A stretch of DNA of 64,000 bases. It comes from Balanoglossus misakiensis (taxonomy: Eukaryota > Animalia > Hemichordata). Position 1 is the stretch's first letter. Each line of letters opens with the position of its first letter. The stretch is taken from positions 5,320,301 to 5,384,300 of the forward strand of contig CM082577.2 of NCBI GenBank assembly GCA_040954595.2, in the 5' to 3' direction. The position numbers and the translations under genes were made by a program. This document shows, piece after piece, positions 12,342 to 25,986 of the stretch. The notes below the pieces were generated by a model, which worked only from the letters and a program-made list of their open reading frames with translations, was not told the origin of the DNA and ran no database searches.

Positions 12342-15300
12342 TCATTCGTACTCCAACACTTGCTTGTGATAGAATAGTAAGTACCTGAAGAAGAAAAAAG
12401 TACAAAATTATCATTTTTTCAAACAATTTTTATGAGTGTATGTCATCACGCAGGGCTGAAAAGACACCTTGTACGGTTTATGAAATAGTGATTGTGATAA
12501 AGCAAAGGCCTAAACTCAGCTGTACAAACAAATTCTAGCGTGGGCATCAAACAAGCATCTCTTTGTACGCATTACACCATATGTTCATTACACCTAACCT
12601 TCAAAATGCCATGATATATGTTGCATGTATATTTTTGGTGTAAAAACAGGTGAGCGACTTTGGCCAATCTGCCATTTAAAGTTCTCGGCAAACATTTGTA
12701 TTATAGCCTGCTGTTCAAATAGAAAAAAAATTACAAGGCCATTTTATTCACGCAAAAGTCCATCCCAATATTTGCATGTTAGTGTCCGTGAGAACATGAA
12801 TAATCACAGCACACATGAGAGACTTGTGCACTTACCCTTCACTGTCTAGAACATCCTGTTGACTAACTTTATTTATGACAGCGTCATCACACCGAAACCA
12901 CTGGTCCCTGTGTTGTCTCACATAACAAGTATAATGACCTGAATCTATTGTTCCTAAGTGGTTGACTACTGCAAATAATGAATACCTGTAAAGTTCGGAA
13001 GAAAAAAAGCACAATGAAAACCTTAAAATCACTTTCTATTGTCCACTGCAGTAATCTGTGTGTGACATTTTATTCCGGAGTAGGCCCATTTGACTTACTT
13101 GTTATCAGTGGTACTAAAGCTGTCCATCTCTTGAATATTGTTGTTTAACCCGTTTTGTCTACGATAAGGAGACATGAATGGTGTCATGTCTAGTTCTTGT
13201 GGAAATGAAATAAACGTTGTTATTTTCTTGCGGAATTTGTTGGAATGCTCAAAGCGCTGCAATGAAAAACAGAAACATAAAAGTGGTTTCAGGTCAAATG
13301 CAACAGGTGTTCTTAACAGTATACCCACATTGACTGCCCATGAGGGCAACAGCATACGCTTGTTTCCCTGAGAGACTGTGAGTTGTCAGAGACCTGACGG
13401 GGCAAGACTTTGAATACTATTGACCAGTAACTTCACTTTGTAACAATGCCAATCACAATCACAACACAGAGAACGAATGAGGTGTGTTATAATATAAATC
13501 ACAAAAATCATGTTAAGAAATTTAACAGATCATCACCAAAGTCAAACAAGATGTACATACCTTAAGGTGAAAGCAGGCAACGATAGGAAGTTTTTTCATT
13601 GTGAGTTGTTTAGTAGATTCTTGATAACTCTGACATTTACTACACTTTATTTTGGCATGAGATCCTAAATGTTCAGGTTTGGTGAATCTGTAAAATAAAG
13701 AAAACTATATCACAACGCAAATTAGGATAAAATTAAGCCTAAATGTTCACATTTTGTCCACGATTCAAACAAAAAGTGGCATCGTGAACTGTATACTTTC
13801 TTGGAGATGTGTTATATGCCTGTATAAGTTATGTATGAGTAAATCTGAGTGTGGAAATATTATTTCAGGGTGCACCTCAAAATGGTGCACTCAACATATG
13901 AACATATCATATACAGACAGACAGACACACACAAATACTGACTGATCCCATATGCTTTTCACTGGTATATCCATATATCAAATGGGAGCTAAACACAGAG
14001 TTACTGGACTGTACTAAAGTAATATTCATCTTTGCCTTTTGGAGAACTACAATGCCTGTCACTATCTCATTGACATAAATGACAACATGGTCTAGACATT
14101 TTCTGATCTGCATTGAATTGCATATTTTTTTGCTTGCAGAAATGCACGTAAAAGATTTATGATATTCACATCAATTATATTGTACCTTTCCTTGAGTTAT
14201 AAATACCTGCGATGAGATGACTTAAATTCAAAAAGCTTTTTCCCCGTCTTACATTTTTTTCACCATTTGGAAATACAAACTTCACGGAGAGAGCATGAAA
14301 TTTTATAAACGTGACAGGCAGATCAGCCAGAAGGATAAGAGAAATCTTTTGAATCAATTCAGAAAGGAGCACTGAAAACGTTTAAAAAGAGCCCTTTCCC
14401 CAACACTGCAAAGAAATCACAACCAGTCTGAGCACACATTGACATATTGTAACCCAATAGTCTCTTACGCCTGAAAAATTCCTTCTGATTTTCTTATCAC
14501 TTCTTAGGTTATTGGCTTGTTTATTTTTTTGCAAATTTTTTTCATAAGTTGGAATTTTCAAGTGGAAATTTCAAATAAAAAATGTTGAAAAGATGTCGCG
14601 AGGTGCTACATTGTCTGCATTACTTTACCTTCTAAGGCAGTCAAGGAGTGAGGTAGGTGATTCTACGTCAGTCCCTTGTGAGGAAAGCTCACCGTTATAT
14701 ACATTACCATAGTCTGTTGACGAAAATGAAATTATTACATATGATTTACCCGGTAGGTAGACAAATTTCACGTTATATTTCGGTGCCTACTGGCAGGTCT
14801 CAAAAGAAACATTTTCTTAAATAATGAAAGAACACAAGAAAGGGGCTAAAAGTCCCAATTTCTATGTAACACACAGAAATTTGTATTCTCCACATCTTCT
14901 GTGACTTTTGAAGTCTTGAAAAGTTCCCAGAAAACGCATTTTTCAACCTGAGTTGGTGCTCGTGCTTTCTTACCTGTCAAAGCACTTGACGATGTACTAG
15001 TAGTGAGAGTGCTAGATGAACTAGTTGTTATATTGCTCGGTCCTAGGTCTAGCGAAATATCCCAAAACGGATCTATTGTTGTAGACACACCACTGAAAGG
15101 TCAAACACAAGGTCAATGTCATTACATACAGTGGCAAAGTACATGTTGTCTGATCAATATCAATTGTAAATTGTTTTTTTATAATAATCACTTACAACAC
15201 CATCAAGCAGTGACTTACAACTTTTGAATGCCCTTTTCCAAACTAAATTGCAGCATTTGTGTGGTAACTATGACTGGACAATTTGAAATCTTTCCTCTTG

Positions 15301-18300
15301 TCTGTATAACCACAGACAATGGTAGGACAGTTCTTCCAACGTTAAAAGCACATGCACACACATATACTTGAAATATGTATACCAAATTCTAACTGACCCT
15401 TGACTCAAATTCAACATAGTAGACACACATTTACAATAAGTCAAACTTCATGTGCTAAGTTCTTGCAGAAGATCAGATATCAGCAGCAGACATTGACTCC
15501 ATTCCCCTTTGCCCCACAAAACGAAATACCACAATAGAATTGAAGTCACCGGGTGGATGATTGTGAAGCACACACATCCCCAAGTCTTTTTCCCGGCTTG
15601 TCATACTTACTGGCAATTTTGGCATGTGACGTCAGATTGCAATCCCCCGGTAAAAATTTGATCTATTATACAGTTACAGTGATTTGGGTTTGTGCTTGCA
15701 TTGCCATTCAAACCTGAAATGAAATCCAAACACGACACACAATGAGTTGGATAATCAAAAACCAAAATGATATAAACTTTGAGAAAATATCACATTTGAT
15801 GAAATCAACACAAATACAAAGAGCACCAAGTAATAGAATTAACTGACTACATAAAATGATTTGATTCTGTCAAAATGCGAAGAATTTTGAAGTTATGTTT
15901 ATTATTATTAGGAAGCATGTATATTATACGGAACATGAATAATATCTTTGATTTTATAAGAATGGCAGAGTTGCATATATCTTTCAAAACAAAAAACAGG
16001 GTATTCTTTACAACTTCTATTTTAATGCATGTCGTCATAACAACTATGTGTCAAACAAGGCACTCTTGAGACAATCTTCTAAAATTACACCATCTTGACA
16101 CATTGTCATCTCGTCTGTTGTCGTAACAACTTACATGGTCACCCATGGCCATGATTTTATTTCTTTTTTCGAAATTAGCCTGATGTATTTTCATTTGTGC
16201 ATAATGTAAAAAAAAAGTAACAACCTCACATCATGTTTTTCCCTCATCATCAGTATTTATGTCCCGAACAAGACATTTATGACTTGTGTCTACATGTGAC
16301 AAGAATAATAATAGTCAGAGTGCATGATACATTGAATCAGAACACAATGGATCGCAAAAGGTGGCTATCTCAATCACCATGAGTACTGGCTAATTAAGTC
16401 TTATCACAGTACTATCAGCAGATCACACTGGGATTACACAGGTACATTGTAAACTAGATCCACTATGAATATTAAAGTCGATCTGCATTTAAAAATAAAT
16501 TTTTCGCTTTTGGCTCATACTTCAGCATAGGCCTACTCCAGTATAAAGAGTGGTGCATAGACTACAGCTTATGGGATGCGGAACAAGTCATGTGATTGCG
16601 GTACAAACAAATACACACAAGTCAGCACATATGCAGGATTACACCAGACCTTACACGTATTTCTATATGGCCGTTCCACTTACACGAGTTTGTTAGTAAT
16701 GGTGTGCATCCGACAGGTTTGAATTCCGGGTTTCGCCGATTTGCACGAAACTTTTCTCATTTTTCTTCAAAAGAAACAAAGATGACGTCTCTCACCTTTA
16801 CAATGCCTATGAAGTACGTCTAAAGCTGCTATAAAAAATTCGTGTGCATCCTGTTGTTCATATCCTGCTAAGTGTCTTGCATGCGTCCATACAAGATGAA
16901 GTAATCGATATGGAATGTGTACAGAACGTAAACCTGAATAAAACTGGTAAGAAAAGAAAAAGACGAAGAAAACACATTAAATACAATTTAATTCATTATT
17001 TAGCAAAAACTATGTCATGCAGACTCAGAATATTATTAGGCTAACTCCTACAAAGATGACATGGTACTTTTCTGAAATAAACCATGTAGCCACGGCAACT
17101 GTGCAAAGAAACACCAACTTTGGTTTGTGCATATATATAGGCACACATGAACTCACTGTTTGTAAAACAGAAATACTGCCTCTGAAAATTCATCAATATA
17201 GCAATAGTCACTCAAATATTTCGTGTGGCAGTCATTTCTTACAAACAAGCATATTGTTTTTTCTCATTGAGTTGTGACCCTCTTGCAAGGGTCACTTTAA
17301 CTGAACCGTTGGTTGGTTTGTTGGCACATACATACCTCTTGAAACAATCGTGACATCTCACAGACCAGACACTGATCACTTTGTTGCTCACATCGATGTC
17401 TGTCCGACAGGAAGAAGTCTCTCAGAAGAGGTGTGTGAGTTAATGCTTGCACTATACAATTCATAAAACATGTATTGCCTAAGTTAATTAATCCTCGAAG
17501 ACCTGGGAACAGGAAGAGAAAATACGTGCCACCGTGTCATTGATACTTGTCTGCGGTTATAAACTCCTGGGGGAGCTTTATAACGCATTGTCTTTTCAGC
17601 CATAACAGGTTACTGTACATTATGGCTCACAGAAAATGGATTGGTAAGTTGGATGACTGATGGAAATATCGCACAATGTAAAGAACTGCACAAGTGAAAC
17701 CATATGCACATATATTATGGATTACAGTATCTGGGCAAATATTGCTCACGCACAATATCCACAGATCGGATGCCTTCAAATGAGGATTCTTCTGCCTGAA
17801 CTGGCATTGAATTTTTTTCCAACTCCATGAGCAGCAACCACTGATCCCTACCACAGTCAAACTTGTGCAACTATGAATCAGCTGAATATATACCAGCAAG
17901 CCTGAGGTACAAGAAACTTTAAAAATGTCCTCCAAAGGCGTGCAACTAATTTAGTGATTTATATACCGTACACAATGAACTTGCTGGTGATTCACATTTC
18001 AACAATGTGGACAGGAAATGAGCAACATCTACAGCCCTGATGCTTCTACAGTCTTTCAAATCAAATTTTAAAAATATAGTATACTTAATATCCTTCTCAA
18101 CTGTCCCTGAACTTACCTATTGTAGAGTTTTCTGTAATTTTCCTCCGTTTCGGATTCTTTCGAAGAAGTTCAACTTCCCGTTTACTAGGTTCCCACGCAC
18201 AAAACAAGGCTTGATTTAATCCTGAAATTAATGAACAAAAATAGCCTATTAGCGTCAACTTTTATTGTTTTGCTGATAAGCTCTCCATTTCCTGACAGTA

Positions 18301-21256
18301 AAGTGAAAAAAAGAGACTTGAAGTTGACACATTCCTTGTTGCAATGATGGTCTGACCTCTGTGACCTTCTGAGAGAGTTAAGAGGTTATTTAAAACGCAT
18401 TGAGGAGAAGGAGCTTTTCACTTTAGACTGGCCATTACACCATCAAGTACAGGGTTATTATCTGAAAGGGTGGGTTTGTAGGAAATTCTATCAGAAATAC
18501 AATGTACTACAAATATTGGCATCTAGGAGGGATTGACTCAATTTGGTGCCCTCTCTCGATCCCAGTTTTTTCATCAATTTCAACCTTACCTATCGATTTG
18601 GCAGCTTTGGCTTTCACTTCCCTGGCGATGAATTCAAGTTCTCTGTCGTATACATAGTCTCCACAGATAAAACAGAGAACAGCACCGTAATTTAAATCAA
18701 CAGCTGAGATGGGAGAGAAAAAAAGGCAAATATAGAGAGTAAGATTAACCACTCACTGCAAGAGTTGTTGCGTGTGATCCCACGTTACTTAAAAGTATAC
18801 AGTCACCTAAGCAAATTTAGCCACAGTTACCATGGCAAGTTGAGATCAAACCAATGACAGATGTTCATGGGATGGCCACGCAAAAAAAGAGCACCACCAC
18901 ATTTCCTTTAGAAGATATTCCTCTTTAACCATATATGGGTATGTGTAAATTAGAGGTGACTGTATACCTTTAAAGAATGTATTTCTCATTGTTACCATTA
19001 CCAGCCATTGTTTTATTGTTGACACACTGTTTTTGCTCTTCCCCTTATTAGCATGCTTATTATATTAGCTCAAGTATGCATGCATCTTGTACAAAACAAT
19101 GGGCTTAAGTCCATAGCTATCAATTTTTGTATCTTGCTGAAGAAACCAGTGTCTCGATCGCCAAATTGGTTCATTTTCAAAATTCTGCAGTTGCTATTTA
19201 TCCAGTCTTCCAGAATCCCGGATTGAACAGTTGTGATTTCTGTATCTGGAGAGCACTTGACACATGGACAAAGCACCATTGATGAATGACATTGAAATGC
19301 TAATGTCTCCATTGTCTTTTTGTCTTGCAGGAAAAACAAAGAGGATCTGAAATACTGAGCTCATATGTCATGGGGTTAGAAATCAATGTACACCAAGCAC
19401 TGTTTCGAATAAAAGATTTGAAAATTAATAATGCTGCTTTGTGCAGGTGTCATACGCAGACCTGTGTATATTATACAACTTGCATTCTGGGTTCTACACT
19501 CATTTTTAAGCGTTTCACACTTATCTCTGTGATACTTCCTATTGTAACTGAACTATTTGTTATAACTGAAAATTGGCACAGTTAACCAGTGTTTTGTTCT
19601 TAATTTCCAATTCTTACTGTGTGTTTGTGATGCAATTAAACAGTTAATGCAATATAGAACATATATACTCACCTAAATGATGTTTCTTTTGTCTTGCATG
19701 TTCTTGTATATGTTTCCTACTGTAGCACCCAAAAAATACACAGTGTAGACAAGAATGGAGACGCTGGTTGTGATCCCCACATATATGACAGCAAGCTTTT
19801 GCCTGAATATTTTAGAGGGGGGAAAAAACAAAAAGACAAACACGCATATGAGATTATTAACCGGTTTATACACAGGCCAGAGAAGGGTACACTCCGACCA
19901 ATCAAAGTACCCCCTAATGAAGTGCATCGCCCTTATTTGAACAGAACTGATCTTTGTGGTACAAAATGTTGCATTGCTGATACAAAAAATCCAAACTACT
20001 GGAATTACACTTAAGTACAACAATATACTACATATATGATAATTGACCCCCCTTCCGAATTATGCATTTTATCAATCATACACAATTATTCAATTTCCCT
20101 CAATATTCATTGTTGTCATGTTGTAGGTGATTGTTGACGTCATTTGGTTGCTGGTGTTTCTTACAAGTGTTTCCTGCAATAGCATTTACAAGGTTACATT
20201 ACAAGGCTGTATGAAAATGATGTCTTTTGCAGCTTAATTAATTGTGCACTAAACATGATCGTCCTTGCGGTGTGCTTGAACAACTAAACGGTAACCTTGC
20301 AAGTTAAAGGTAAACTGAGGCCATCGCTCACACCATCTTCAAATAAAGACTGACCGAATCGAGATTTTCGAACGCGAGCAATTTTCTTGCGTGGAAATTT
20401 TTAAATATTTTTAGAATATCATACACAAAGGACGTCAAGTCTAGTGGACAATACGCAATTCAAAACGTAATGTTACAGCGTCATACGCAGAGGATAGATA
20501 GTGTCAAGGTCGGACATGACAACATGAAGGCCTGTCACGTTCTTTCAGTTTTCAGTGGCATTTTGAAGGGAAGTCGCTCCAGCTTTCTTAAACAGCTTTC
20601 CAGAAATGCACGTTTATGTTGTTTACAGTATCAAACTATCAATGCGACAAACTAAAGATAAACAAACTTGTTAGTATCCGCGTAAAACAATGACAGTCGA
20701 TGACAACTGGTGGTAGCGATTTACAGCTATATGCGAAGGGTTTCGCTATCAACCTGACGTGCGGTCTTGTACACTTTCAAACAGAGTAGAAGCAACCCGA
20801 GCTATCATTTCGAGAAATATGACGCCTTCCATTCTTGACATGAAATACTGTGGCATAAACCATAGCAATGACTTTGCAGAGAGGTTGCTAGAATAGTAAA
20901 ACAAAGAATTCATTGCACATGTCAAAATTGAACCGGTGCGCCGGCCACTGCCAACTGCGTCTCGTGCACCGGTCGTGGAACCATACAAAGAAAAGCTGAA
21001 AAATAACGGAAAAAGAACGATTGCATGTCCGCAGACCTTTAAATGGTATCGCTCCAATATCGGATGCGATATTCCAACCAAGTTCAACAATTTATTTGGC
21101 ACCAAAGCCGGAAATTTTAGCCAAGAAATGACGTACCTTTCGCTTCCTATTTTCGGGCGAACAGCAGTACACAAAATACGACTGAATTATTCGGTACGGT
21201 CGTGTGCCTTTAGACGCCTTGAAGCTGCTCAAATGTTGGCAGCCTGACAGGCTCAT
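12342..21256 (-). CDS. USP22: Ubiquitin carboxyl-terminal hydrolase 22 (SAGA DUB module), 13 exons
   Basis: Exons start at about 21256, 19802, 18704, 18222, 17502, 16943, 15713, 15092, 14716, 13687, 13257, 12986 and 12384. ZnF-UBP (CHICG...[12 protein letters not shown]), Cys box [23 protein letters not shown], His box [10 protein letters not shown] and C-terminus [14 protein letters not shown]. Confidence 0.97.
18789..18973. mobile_element. MITE with TTAA target site (Kolobok- or piggyBac-type non-autonomous element) in USP22 intron 2
   Basis: TTAA-AAGTATACAGTCACCT ... AGGTGACTGTATACCT-TTAA: 16-bp terminal inverted repeats with one mismatch, flanked by TTAA. Confidence 0.75.
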
Positions 21257-21368
21257 GTTGGCAGCAAACGGTGTGAAAATAGAGCAGCCGTTGTAGCCAG
21301 TGTGGTAGAGTTTGTGCCGGTCAATTTTGAAGCCAGGGACGGAGAAGTTTGTGATTGAGTGGAATAAA
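21257..21368. promoter_or_regulatory. Bidirectional promoter / 5' UTR interval shared by USP22 and DHRS7B
   Basis: Only 112 bp separate the divergent predicted ATGs. Confidence 0.55.
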
Positions 21369-24300
21369 ATGGACACAATGTTACAATGTGTAAGTGTGCA
21401 GCTGTGTTACTGCGCACCAACTCAATGCGCATACAAACACATACCACATAAAGACTTCCGCTTCCGGGGTCACTCTAAGACAAGACGAAATGATCACAAG
21501 TAGGTTTCTTTAAAAACCTCTGCGAAAAAAATCCTTGTCCCAAGATCAGTATTGCTTTTACAGTAGCATAGAACCAGTCATTGATATTCCAGCGTAAGCA
21601 AAGCGCTGCCCGTTTGACAGAAATGGCAGATCGAGCTTCAGAGCACCGGTGCACGTGCAGCGTTTGTGACGTATGTGTTGAGGGATGGAACAGAGAGGTG
21701 TGGCAGCAGACGAGCTGAATGCGTGACCTTGGTCACTGCGGAGACGGTGCCTAGCAACCGCTGAATGACGCAGTGAGGATGGAGGCAGTGATTCAAAGAA
21801 TGAGTTGTCCAATACTTGAAAGAAAACGTGACTAATAAAGGAAACGAAAAAAACTTTCTCAATGTCAGTTGTATATATTTTCAGAAGATCATCATCAGTC
21901 ATGGTCTTATCCCGTATTGATAGGCCATACTATTTAGACATTTGGAAAATTGTATGATTGATGAAAAAAGTTGCTAAGAGGCATAAATGAAGTAATTGTA
22001 GATGCAAAGAATAATAAAATTAAACACAATTGTCTGTATTTTTGAAATTACAGTGATGCAGTGAATATATGTGAATGTGATCCTTTGACAAAATATTGAG
22101 AAATCCTTCCACAAGGCACAGTGATTCTGCACAAGGACATAGGTAATAGTGTCAACTCTTTCACACACCCCTGTCTTACTTTTTAAAGGTCCAATTAACA
22201 ATAGATTTGAACCAAACCACAGTGGTGAAAAGTATTACATGTATCACCATAAATTATCCATGATTTGTGACTTCTGTATCGGGAAAAGTCAATAGGTCCC
22301 TTTAAATTGCTAACAATTGTATCTTTTCCTGTTCATCAGATCTTGTTTGCTGCAGCCTTCGTTGAGTACCACTACTCCATCATGAGTATCAATCTAACCC
22401 CAGCTGCAGCTTTGGCAGCCATTGCTGTTGGCGGTCTAGGGTTGCTGTGGTTACTGCGGCGGATCCGGTACCGGAAAAGCCTGGAATCTCTGCAGGACAA
22501 AGTGGTGTGGATCACCGGAGCGAGCTCGGGTGTTGGTGAAGGTATCATGCTGTTTTAAAAACTGTTTTTTGATCATATAAGCATGCATTCATTCATTTCA
22601 TTGCAATCTCAGAACATCACAAACCAGCTTATTATATGCACAAAGTTGCAAGGTTTTATGACAGTACAATGTAATTATATCATTCAAAGCACTGCAGTTT
22701 GATGTAAATATTCAAACCTACATCATGGTCACACTTGCTCCACATAACTCACACCACTGCAATTAAATAGTGCTAATCAACATTTGAAAGGCAGTGTCTC
22801 TCAAGATCTATTAGCCAACAGGTGTCATCATCCACACACCTGGTGCACACCTGTTCACAGACCAGGTGTCACGCAGGCACTGACCAATCAAAGCCATGAT
22901 ACCCACCTGCACGCGTAGTTCCCAGATTCAGATTCCAGATTCCGTATAAATAATCCAAGCTTGTTGCATGTTACAGCATGTGCACATGGATTCTACAAAG
23001 CCGGCGCCAAGTTAATCCTCAGTTCTCGGAGAAGTTCTGAACTCGAGAGAGTTCGAAATGACTTGTGTGGTCTGAAGTTGGTAAGTTATGGTTACAACAA
23101 CATGTTACATGGTTTTCAGGGTTACATTGATGGGTTACCCTTGCAGATAAATATTTCAAAATATTAAATATTAAACTTTCTCATCCTTAGAACACACCCA
23201 CCCATGTCCCAAGAATTCTTCCCCTTGATTTGGCGGATGTCAAGAGTCTTGAAAAGAAATCCAAGGAAGCTATCAGTTTCCACGGCAACATCGATGTTCT
23301 CATCAACAATGGTGGCATCAGTTTCCGTGGCACTGCTATGGATACCACAATTGATGTTGATCGGAAATTGATGGACGTCAACTATTTTGGCGCAGTTGCT
23401 TTGACTAAAGGTGAGTGACCTTTGAACTCTTATGGATTCAGGGCTACCGGGCTCCTTCCATTATAAATGGCCTGGGAGTAAAATGAAGGCCACAAACATA
23501 ATATTCTTCCAAGAGAATCATTGGCATGTCAAATATTGATGCATCTTCTCAATTGTGATTATGATTGCAGGTGTGTTACCATGCATGATGGCCAACGGCA
23601 GTGGTCACATCGTAGCCGTGAGCAGCGTCCAGGGCAAGATGGCCATACCCTTCAGAACGGCATGTGAGTGGAGAAATACAGATGTAGATAGTAGACATTT
23701 GGACAGTTGTATATATCTGATATATGATGCTCTTGTATGTCTGCAAAAAAATAAATTTGTTCATTTTACAAAGAAGTTCAGTTTGCAATTTGTGAAGTAA
23801 AACAAGGTACTATTGCTAGGATACCAACTTTCCTGTTTATCAACTTTTTACTCCCTACGAAACGAAGTCACTTTTCATTTTACAGACACGGCTTCCAAGC
23901 ACGCACTGCAAGCTTTCTTCGACAGCCTTCGAGCTGAGCTGGCGGGTCACAACATCCAGGTCACCGTGGTCAGTCCAAGTTACATCAAAACAAACCTGTC
24001 GTTGAACGCTGTGAATCCCGACGGATCCAATTATGGAGGTAAGACGTGGTCGCCGTGACAACCACCCTGCCTCACGCAGATGCCATGTTTTCTCCCAAGG
24101 CCAGCAACACAGATCGAAGTCCCACTGTCACTTGCAGGTTCCAAGTCATTAGGAAAGTCAACAATCTCTCATTTCTTTTTCATTTTTTTTAATTACAAAG
24201 TGTGACAGTCTAACTATGATCTCGCTCCCTTAAAGAGACTCTCCTTGGAACTGTGCTTTGGTCTTTAAGAGAAAAAGGTCAAATACCTCAATTTGTCGGT

Positions 24301-24999
24301 GCTTGGGTGATATTACTGCTATTTGACATTCTAGAAAGGATAAATATAGATATCGACAATAGCCAGTATCTAACAAACAGCTGTGTATTTCCAAATTGCC
24401 AGCCAAGATGTCCTGAGGACTAGACTTCATTATTTCCTTTTGATATTTTCGTGCTGTTGTGATCGATTGCCGGGAGAAATTAGCTCCTTGTTTGTGTTGA
24501 AGGCAAAATGTCAAGAGTCGTGCAAGTACTGTAGAATTATGGTACCACAAGAATTGCGAGTCTGATTTGTGAAATTACACTCCTCCACTCATGGTCAGTA
24601 CAAATGGCCATGGTCAGCGCAGGTAGAGATGTCGTTTTATCTACAGTGTATTAGATACAGCACTTTGTATCCAGAGTACAAATGACTCGTGTTTTCAAAA
24701 TAAATCGTGCCATGAGTAAAATTGTTCTGATAAAGCCATGGGCAAGGTGGATAAATTTTTGAACAATTTATTAATTTCACACCATTCATTTTGCAGTCAT
24801 GGACTCTACCATTCAACGCGGGATGCCGCCTGATTACGTGGCAAGTCGAATCTTGCAGGCCGTCGTCTGCAAGCAGACCGATGTTGTCTTGGGCCCGTTT
24901 ACCCACAAGGCAGCAATCTACCTACGCACCTTGGTGCCGGGAATATTCGCCAAGATGATGGAAGCGAGGGCGAAGAAGGGGATGGCCTCGGAAAACTGA
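21369..24999 (+). CDS. DHRS7B: Dehydrogenase/reductase SDR family member 7B
   Basis: Exons 21369-21389 (MDTMLQC|GTAAGT, tentative; alternative start ATG at 22382), 22340-22541, 22978-23080, 23191-23410, 23571-23663, 23886-24038, 24797-24999. N-terminal [41 protein letters not shown] (YxxSK). Confidence 0.92.
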
Positions 25000-25667
25000 A
25001 AGGAACAAGGAATAAGAAAATTCACGCTGCACGTCATATGCTGCCAAGAACTGATCTGCCAAAAAGGAAATAGAAAATGGAATGGCTTATAATTCAGAAA
25101 TGAATATTCTTGCACGTTTTCTGTGGCTGTGATCTCATCTCATGACAGATTTAATTCAGATGTTTTTTTTTCAGAAAATGAAAAATCTGAATATTTCAAA
25201 TGATTGAAATTGTAATGAATTGGCTCCAAGCCAGCAGCTGGAGCAAGAGTGGAGATAGAAAACTCTTCCTCTGCAAATTTCAATGCAAAATTATTTTTTT
25301 TAAACAGAATAATGAGTTTTCACAGCTTTGTGGGTCAAAACATCACTAAGGGAATGAAATGCTACAAATCCTTGAGTGTCAGCAGACTCTAAGATCAGGG
25401 AAAGTCTTTATGATTGAAAAAAACAAACATGATGGCTTCAAGAGTGAGTTTATGAATTCCCTAATAATTAGGGATCATAGTTTCTGTTAGCCCACAAATT
25501 AGTGCAAATGTGATCTGATTGGGGTTTGCGTATGTTTTGTGACGATATTGCCCGCCCACATGGTGGCAAAGTTGTTACATGCAGTTGCACAAACAGGAAA
25601 CCTGTTGTTACACTGGAGTCAGTTGCTAGGCAAGGACAGTGATGACAAACAAGACTTGCTAGTACTT

Positions 25668-25702
25668 CAGAGAGAGAGAGAGAGTGTGTGTGTGTGTGTG
25701 TG
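25668..25702. repeat. Compound (GA)n(GT)n microsatellite
   Basis: cagagagagagagagagtgtgtgtgtgtgtgtgtg. Confidence 0.85.
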
Positions 25703-25912
25703 CATGTGGTTGTTTTTCTCAAGTGTTTGTCAAACTGGAAAGTGTGTCCTGCAGAATGCAAAAAATAGACAGATAACAGGAAAAGAGAGAAGAATCCCAA
25801 GGTCATGGGGAAGTGAAGTCTGTTCAAGATGCAATCTGGTTTCAAACTCGGGGTAATAGGTCAGGTTTTTCAGGTTAGACGTACGTGGAGTTGAATATTG
25901 TCGTGAGTGAGT

Positions 25913-25986
25913 GATTTGGGTACAATTCGCTCCATATAGCACTCGCCTGACAGCTCGTGCTATATGTCTCTAATTGTACCCAAATC
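25913..25986. repeat. Imperfect palindrome, probably the core of a hairpin MITE
   Basis: GATTTGGGTACAATT..CATATAGCAC / GTGCTATATG..AATTGTACCCAAATC arms. Confidence 0.6.
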
